A stretch of 48,856 nt of DNA. Origin: Christensenellaceae bacterium (GTDB lineage Bacteria; Bacillota; Clostridia; Christensenellales; Borkfalkiaceae). The translations under genes and the position numbers were made by a program. The notes below the pieces were generated by a model that did not search any database, was not told the DNA's origin, and worked only from the letters and a program-made list of their open reading frames with translations. Shown piece by piece: positions 43,762-48,856 of this stretch (positions within the stretch are counted from its first letter, which is position 1; every line of letters begins with the position of its first letter). Where the stretch lies: the NCBI GenBank assembly GCA_045656465.1, contig JAZORG010000097.1, positions 1 through 48,856 on the forward strand, in the 5' to 3' direction.

Positions 43762-46533
43762 TTAAACTATTTTACAACTACTGCCATTTTGCTCGCCCAA
43801 ACGTTTTGAAACGACAATTTGTTTATCTATCTTGTTTTTAAGTTCGCTAACGTGTGAAATAATTCCAACCAAACGATACCCCTCGGTAAGGTCTTGCAAG
43901 GTTGAAATTGCAAGTTGTAAGGACTCGTCGTCAAGAGAACCAAACCCTTCGTCCACAAACATTGTATCGAGTTTTATTCCACCTGAAGAAGATTGAATTT
44001 CATCTGAAAGACCTAAAGCCAATGCTAGCGAAGCCTTAAACGATTCTCCACCCGAAAGGGAATTTACAGGACGAACAGAACCATTATAATGGTCAATTAC
44101 GTCTATATCAAGTCCTGCTTGCGACCTAAAGTCTGAAGGGTCTAATCTTCTTACTAGGTCATATTGGCCAGCCGTCATTTTGTTTAGCCTTATATTCGCT
44201 CTACGCAAAATCCTATCGAAATAATTCATTTGAATATACGTTTCAAAAGATATTCTTTCTTTTCCCGTAAGCATTCCGTTTGCCGTTTGAGAAAGAGCAT
44301 TTACCCACTTAAATTCTTCTTCTATTTGCGAATACTCTTTTGCGCTTTTTTCAATGTTTTTTAAGCAGTTTAAATTTGTATTTATTCGTGATACTACCTG
44401 TTCTTTTTCGTTAGATAATTCACCTCGAACTTTATTGAGATTTTCTCTCTTTTCCTCTTCTAGTGCTAAATCAATATCGCAAACTTTTTTCAAAATTCTT
44501 TCTAGCGACTGTGTTTCCCCTTGCAGTTTAATTAAAATCTCATTTTTCTTCTCAAAATCAGCCTGTGCTTGCTCAAACGCTTTTGTCAATTTCTCTTTGT
44601 TTTCCGTTAAAGATTTTAAGACTTTTTCCGCTTCTGTTTTGCTAGAATACGTGAGTTTATTTTTTAATTTTTCCGCATTAACTTTCTTTTCTTCTAGCAA
44701 TGCGTTTAGTTCTGCTAAAAGGTTTTCGCACTTTTTATGTTCATCTCTGAACTGCTCGAGCAATTTTTCCTCTTCGGGGATTACGTTGTCCAACTTTTCT
44801 TTTCTTAAAAGATTTTCGCCCTCTTTTTTAATCGTTTTAACAAACTCGTCAATCTTTAACTGAATTGCATTTATCATTTTATCAATAACGGCTACTACTT
44901 GATCTTTACTTCCTGTTATTTTCTTTTCCTTAAGTTTTTCCTCAATCCCACCGTTTAACGCATCTAATTGACCTTTAAGTTTTGCGCATTCCGCACTCTT
45001 ATCTTCTGCCTCTTTTTGAGCCTTTTTCGTCTTTTCATCTAAAGCGTTTAACTCATTTTCCGTAGGCATTCCACTAACGGGTTTTGCCAAATTTGGATGA
45101 ACTTTTGCACCGCACACAGGACAAGATTCACCCTCTTTTAAGTTGCTTGCCATTAACCCTGCCTGTCCATCTAGATATGCCTTATTTAGATGTGCATATT
45201 CGTTTAATAGATTGTTTGCATTTTCTATAAGACGTTTGTATTCTTTTTGTATTGCGAAAAGTTCCTCTTCTTTCTTTTTAACCTTTTCTATCTCCCCTTT
45301 TAGGCTTATTAATTCTTCTTTTTCTTTTTCACAAAGTGTCTTTTCTGTTTGCGCTTTTTGTTTGTTCTCGCCTGAATTTTCTAATAGTTTACGTTCCTCT
45401 TTTAGGCTAATTATTTTATCTTGTTTTTCTTTTATAGAATGGTTTTTTTGTTCGGTTAAAACTTTACCATTTTCAATACGCTGAAGTATTATATCAATAT
45501 CATTTAAACAAGTAGAAAGAACAGTATAATCGTCAAGCTCGGAATTTATCAAGGTAATCTTCTTTTCCGTTTCCTCCCTTTCTGCTTGCCTACTTTTTTC
45601 CTTTTCAAACAAATTTCTAGCGTTTTCAAAATTGCTCATAGCAAGTGGGAGTTCTTCATTCTTCTTTTTAAGTTCCTTCTCGTTATTAATTTGTTCTTGC
45701 GCCTTGCCGATATTCTCGTTAACAGTTTTTAGTTCACCATCAAGCGCTGTGATTTTACTACTTAAAAGTACGTTTTTTTTATTATCATTTTCTATAAGTT
45801 TTCTCAATAAGATTACTGTGTTCTCCCAAGTCAAATTACCGATAACCGCAAGACTTGCCTCTTCACTTAATTGGTCGCCCTCTTCACATACTATAGATTT
45901 GTAAAAGGTTTTAAGGGATAAACTTTCTTGTTCAAATCTTGATTTTAATTCGTTTGCTCGTTCTTTTAAATCCTCTTGGAGTTTCTCAAATTTTTGCGTC
46001 TTAAATATCTGACGAAAAATCTTTTTTCTTTCCTCCGTGCTTGATAAGAGCATTTTACGGAATTCGCCCTGGGCAATCATTGCAATCTGTAAAAACTGCT
46101 TGCGGTCAATACCGATAATCTCTTCAATAGCCTTATTAACTTCAGATTTGCTTTTATTTACCACTCTTCCATCAGGGTATATTAGTTCTGCCCCTGCCGT
46201 CTGTTTTGTCATTCCCTCGCCACGTGTTTTCGGTCTTAAATACTCGGGGTTTCTACGTACCTTGTATATTTTTTCTTTATACATAAAGGTTAGTTCTACA
46301 AAAGTATCAGCCGTATTTTCAGCATACTTTGAACGCAACATTGAATCGTTTCTAATTTCACTACTCGGTTGGTCGTAAAGAGCGTAAGTAATAGCGTCAA
46401 AAATAGAAGTTTTACCCGCTCCAGTCGCTCCTGTTATAAGATACAATCCGCTTTCTCCCAACAATTCAAAATCCAACGTTTCCTTGCCTGCATAAGGCCC
46501 GAATGCGCTCATTACAAGTTTTAACGGTCTCAT
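43762..46533 (-). CDS. sbcC: Exonuclease SbcCD, ATPase subunit C (Rad50-like)
   Basis: N-terminal Walker A GATGAGKTSIFDAI. Very long coiled coil with a CPVCG zinc hook. C-terminal signature LSGGE and Walker B MFVDEGFGSLD. 923 aa. Confidence 0.9.
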   Translation of the reverse strand: MRPLKLVMSAFGPYAGKETLDFELLGESGLYLITGATGAGKTSIFDAITYALYDQPSSEIRNDSMLRSKYAENTADTFVELTFMYKEKIYKVRRNPEYLRPKTRGEGMTKQTAGAELIYPDGRVVNKSKSEVNKAIEEIIGIDRKQFLQIAMIAQGEFRKMLLSSTEERKKIFRQIFKTQKFEKLQEDLKERANELKSRFEQESLSLKTFYKSIVCEEGDQLSEEASLAVIGNLTWENTVILLRKLIENDNKKNVLLSSKITALDGELKTVNENIGKAQEQINNEKELKKKNEELPLAMSNFENARNLFEKEKSRQAEREETEKKITLINSELDDYTVLSTCLNDIDIILQRIENGKVLTEQKNHSIKEKQDKIISLKEERKLLENSGENKQKAQTEKTLCEKEKEELISLKGEIEKVKKKEEELFAIQKEYKRLIENANNLLNEYAHLNKAYLDGQAGLMASNLKEGESCPVCGAKVHPNLAKPVSGMPTENELNALDEKTKKAQKEAEDKSAECAKLKGQLDALNGGIEEKLKEKKITGSKDQVVAVIDKMINAIQLKIDEFVKTIKKEGENLLRKEKLDNVIPEEEKLLEQFRDEHKKCENLLAELNALLEEKKVNAEKLKNKLTYSSKTEAEKVLKSLTENKEKLTKAFEQAQADFEKKNEILIKLQGETQSLERILKKVCDIDLALEEEKRENLNKVRGELSNEKEQVVSRINTNLNCLKNIEKSAKEYSQIEEEFKWVNALSQTANGMLTGKERISFETYIQMNYFDRILRRANIRLNKMTAGQYDLVRRLDPSDFRSQAGLDIDVIDHYNGSVRPVNSLSGGESFKASLALALGLSDEIQSSSGGIKLDTMFVDEGFGSLDDESLQLAISTLQDLTEGYRLVGIISHVSELKNKIDKQIVVSKRLGEQNGSSCKIV

Positions 46534-47669
46534 AACGCATCCTCCTCTGCTTTTTCTATCAATTTCTTAACGTATTCACTTTGCTCTTTTGTCATATCCG
46601 AATTGTTTTGCGCTTTATAAAACTCCTCAAAAAGTTGATACGTTGTCTTTTTTTCGTTACAATTATCCGCATCAATTATAGAATTTTCCCTTGTTCTTTT
46701 GTTATCGTATCTTAAATTCATAGTATATTTATAGATACTGCGAAGTCTAGCCATTGCATTGGGAACGTCGTTCTCATCAGTAAGTGTTATTCGCAAATAG
46801 TGATCGGTTACGGGATTATTCTCGTAAAAAGATGTACTTGTAAGTTGCATAAACGTACCTTTAATTTCACTCATATCGTGTAAAGGTGTTAAGGGTATCG
46901 TTTGAATAATTACATCTTCGTTTTTTCCTTTAATTTCAACAACGGTAAGCGATTTTATATCTTTAGCCTCTGAAAAAGAATATTTTAACGGCGTACCTGC
47001 ATATCGAATAGTTTCTTTTAAGCAACTTTGAGCACGATGCAAGTGTCCTAAAGCCACGTAGTCAAAGTCCTCAAACACGCTAGCATCTACGTTATCCGTT
47101 CCCCCAACTGTTTCTTCCGATTCCGAACGAAGAGCGCCTGTAACAAATTGGTGCGTTATTAAAAGGTTACGCTCTAACTTGTTTACGCTCATCTTTGATA
47201 TAGCCACACTAATTGCATCAGTATAACTTTCAATGTTTTCCTCTTGATAAAAACGTTTCACGTGTGAGGGTTTAACAAACGGCAACATATAGACGTTAAG
47301 TCTCCCAAATTCATCCTCTAATTCTATAGGCGTAACGTTACCGTCGTAAACGGGCGAAAGATATATACCACTAATCCCCATAATTTTACTACCAAAAGCA
47401 ATTCGCTCGGGAGAATCGTGATTACCACTTATAATAAAAGTTTTTATTCTTCTTTGAGCAAGACTCGATAAAAACCCGTCGAAAAGTTGAACGGCTTCTG
47501 CACTCGGAACGCTCTTATCATAAACATCCCCTGCTATCATAATTCCGTCTATTTTAATTTCATCTGCGACAGATATGATTTGTTTTATTATATGCTCTTG
47601 CTCTTCTATCATAGAAAATTCGTTTACACGTTTTCCTAAATGAAGATCGGATAGGTGAATAAACTTCAT
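46530..47669 (-). CDS. sbcD: Exonuclease SbcCD, nuclease subunit D (Mre11-like)
   Basis: Calcineurin-like phosphoesterase motifs: HLSDLHLG, AGDVYD, GNHD and GHLH. 4-nt overlap with sbcC. Confidence 0.92.
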   Translation of the reverse strand: MKFIHLSDLHLGKRVNEFSMIEEQEHIIKQIISVADEIKIDGIMIAGDVYDKSVPSAEAVQLFDGFLSSLAQRRIKTFIISGNHDSPERIAFGSKIMGISGIYLSPVYDGNVTPIELEDEFGRLNVYMLPFVKPSHVKRFYQEENIESYTDAISVAISKMSVNKLERNLLITHQFVTGALRSESEETVGGTDNVDASVFEDFDYVALGHLHRAQSCLKETIRYAGTPLKYSFSEAKDIKSLTVVEIKGKNEDVIIQTIPLTPLHDMSEIKGTFMQLTSTSFYENNPVTDHYLRITLTDENDVPNAMARLRSIYKYTMNLRYDNKRTRENSIIDADNCNEKKTTYQLFEEFYKAQNNSDMTKEQSEYVKKLIEKAEEDAL

Positions 47670-47803
47670 AATAGCCCCTTTAAAAGCGCTTTTTTTCTTA
47701 TTATATCATTAAACGCACAATTTTTCAATAATTTAAGCCGTTGAGTTTAATCACTTTTTACTTAAATTAAATGATTGACGTAAATGTTTTCCCGTTCAAT
47801 CGT

Positions 47804-47832
47804 TTGCAAATTATATTATTGTATGATATAAT
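47804..47832 (+). promoter_or_regulatory. Putative sigma-A promoter for the LtaS-like gene
   Basis: -35 TTGCAA (47804-47809), a 17-nt spacer, and an extended -10 TGATATAAT (47824-47832). Confidence 0.5.
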
Positions 47833-47910
47833 TTTTTTGATTACTTAATATTATTTAAATAATATTACAATATAACAAAGTTCATTTTTTATAGGACGTT
47901 AAAGGATAAT

Positions 47911-48856
47911 ATGAAAAATCCATCAAAAAGCACTTTCAAACAAAGGACAATTAAACGCATTTTCCCAACGCTTATGGTAGCGTTTACTATTCCTTTTATA
48001 ATTTGTCTTTGTATTCCTTTTGAATTTTTCGCAAATAATATCGAGGAATTTTTATTCTCATTTTCCTCTTTCTTTCCTATTAGCATTCTTTTTGCATTTC
48101 TTTTTACTTGTGTTTTCTTTTTTGCGCTTTTATTTTTACCAAATAAGGTTTATAAAATATCTTGCGCAATTCTTATTGCAATAGCAATAATGTTCTTTTT
48201 ACAAGGAAACTATCTTAACCTTGGATTGAGTTCTCTTGCAGGCGATAACCTTGGCGACGCAACCATAACAATCGGTCAAAAAATATTTAACGTTATAATT
48301 TGGGTTGTGGTAATAGCCGTTGCAATTGTACTTGCAGTATTAAAAGATAAAAACGGTATAATAGGACTTATTGGCGTTTTAATAAGCGGAATAATTATGA
48401 TTACGCATATAATAGGACCTTTGACGTTAATTCTTACAAAAGACAGAATTTTTGCGCCTACAGAAGAAAGATTGAAAAGCAGTCAAACAGCGGTTACACC
48501 ACAGATTTTAACAACCAAAGGGCTTACCACTATTTCCTCAACGAACAACGTGTTTTTGTTCTGTGTGGATAGATTCGATTTAGAATATGCAAAATTAGGC
48601 TTTGAAAAATGTCCTGAAATCTATAATATGCTTGAAGGATTTACCTTTTTTGAAGATAATATCTCTTTGTACGGACATACTTTCCCCGGTATAACAAATC
48701 TTCTTACAAATAAGCATTTCGACGTTAAGTTGCCGAGAGAACAATTCTTAAACTCAGCGTATCTTGAAAATGATACTCTTAACGTTCTCAATCAAAACGG
48801 TTACAAAATAAACTTATTTACACAGCCTTATTACGCTTATACCGATGCGTCTTACT
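47911..48856 (+). CDS. Membrane protein, LTA synthase/sulfatase (alkaline-phosphatase superfamily)-like. Partial: the 3' end lies beyond the window.
   Basis: My own translation from the ATG at 47911 (RBS AAAGGA) stays open to the window end, about 315 codons. About 5 N-terminal TM helices are followed by NNVFLFCVDRFD, which resembles the start of the sulfatase domain in LtaS-type proteins. Absent from the ORF track because no stop is reached. Confidence 0.55.
   Translation, partial: MKNPSKSTFKQRTIKRIFPTLMVAFTIPFIICLCIPFEFFANNIEEFLFSFSSFFPISILFAFLFTCVFFFALLFLPNKVYKISCAILIAIAIMFFLQGNYLNLGLSSLAGDNLGDATITIGQKIFNVIIWVVVIAVAIVLAVLKDKNGIIGLIGVLISGIIMITHIIGPLTLILTKDRIFAPTEERLKSSQTAVTPQILTTKGLTTISSTNNVFLFCVDRFDLEYAKLGFEKCPEIYNMLEGFTFFEDNISLYGHTFPGITNLLTNKHFDVKLPREQFLNSAYLENDTLNVLNQNGYKINLFTQPYYAYTDASY

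Noticed and set aside
44354-45904. Plus-strand ORFs of 90-169 aa rich in Ser/Phe/Leu (44354-44863, 45143-45484, 45632-45904, and also 46037-46378)
   Set aside because: They are the antisense reading of the K/E/L-rich SbcC coiled coil. The low-complexity composition is a mirror artefact, and the sbcC frame carries clear Rad50-type motifs.
43762-47669. SbcCD considered as a possible part of the candidate system, or as a Lamassu/Wadjet-like SMC defence module
   Set aside because: This is the canonical sbcD-sbcC pair, with Mre11 phosphoesterase motifs and a Rad50 zinc hook. It is separated from the operon by dtd and by the nrdG-like/CDF unit, each with its own promoter and terminator. It is housekeeping DNA repair.
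47889-48086. 65-aa minus-strand ORF
   Set aside because: It lies antisense to the 5' end of the long open LtaS-like frame that starts at 47911 and continues to the window end.

Overview
This is a 48.9-kb chromosomal segment from a low-GC, endospore-forming Firmicute. It looks Clostridia-like: it has a sigK-type sigma factor, a gerA-type germinant-receptor operon and an anaerobic NrdG-type activase. Almost all of it is coding. All protein family calls come from reading motifs by eye, not from database searches.

Layout:
(i) 1-8.7 kb: a minus-strand phage head/packaging module (TerL, a small charged protein, portal, scaffold, major capsid, three unknowns). It starts abruptly beside a host terminator and runs towards the left edge.
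(ii) 8.7-27.3 kb: housekeeping and sporulation genes. These are a MATE exporter, a TM1266-like/SDR/thyA/folA operon, sigK, a membrane protein and a GerA/B/C operon. They are followed by lipoate ligase and an unusually organised 2-oxoacid dehydrogenase operon (MDR dehydrogenase, double-lipoyl E2, E3, fused E1 alpha-beta), with a divergent DeoR regulator.
(iii) 27.3-41.1 kb: the stand-out feature, a self-contained eight-gene minus-strand operon with its own promoter and terminator. It encodes an Hsp70/actin-fold ATPase, an SNF2-type helicase with a Cys-rich tail, two zinc-ribbon ORFans, a 5-TM surface protein with LRR/Ig/MBG-like repeats, two helical/coiled-coil proteins that share a C-terminal GID-x-I-[IV]-S peptide, and a Vps4/katanin-type classic AAA ATPase. 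I do not recognise this combination as any named system and flag it as the candidate undescribed system (conflict/defence or envelope remodelling).
(iv) 41.3-48.9 kb: dtd, an orphan NrdG-like radical-SAM activase, a CDF transporter, sbcDC, and the start of an LtaS/sulfatase-like membrane protein.

I recognised no rRNA, tRNA, CRISPR array, transposase or integrase.
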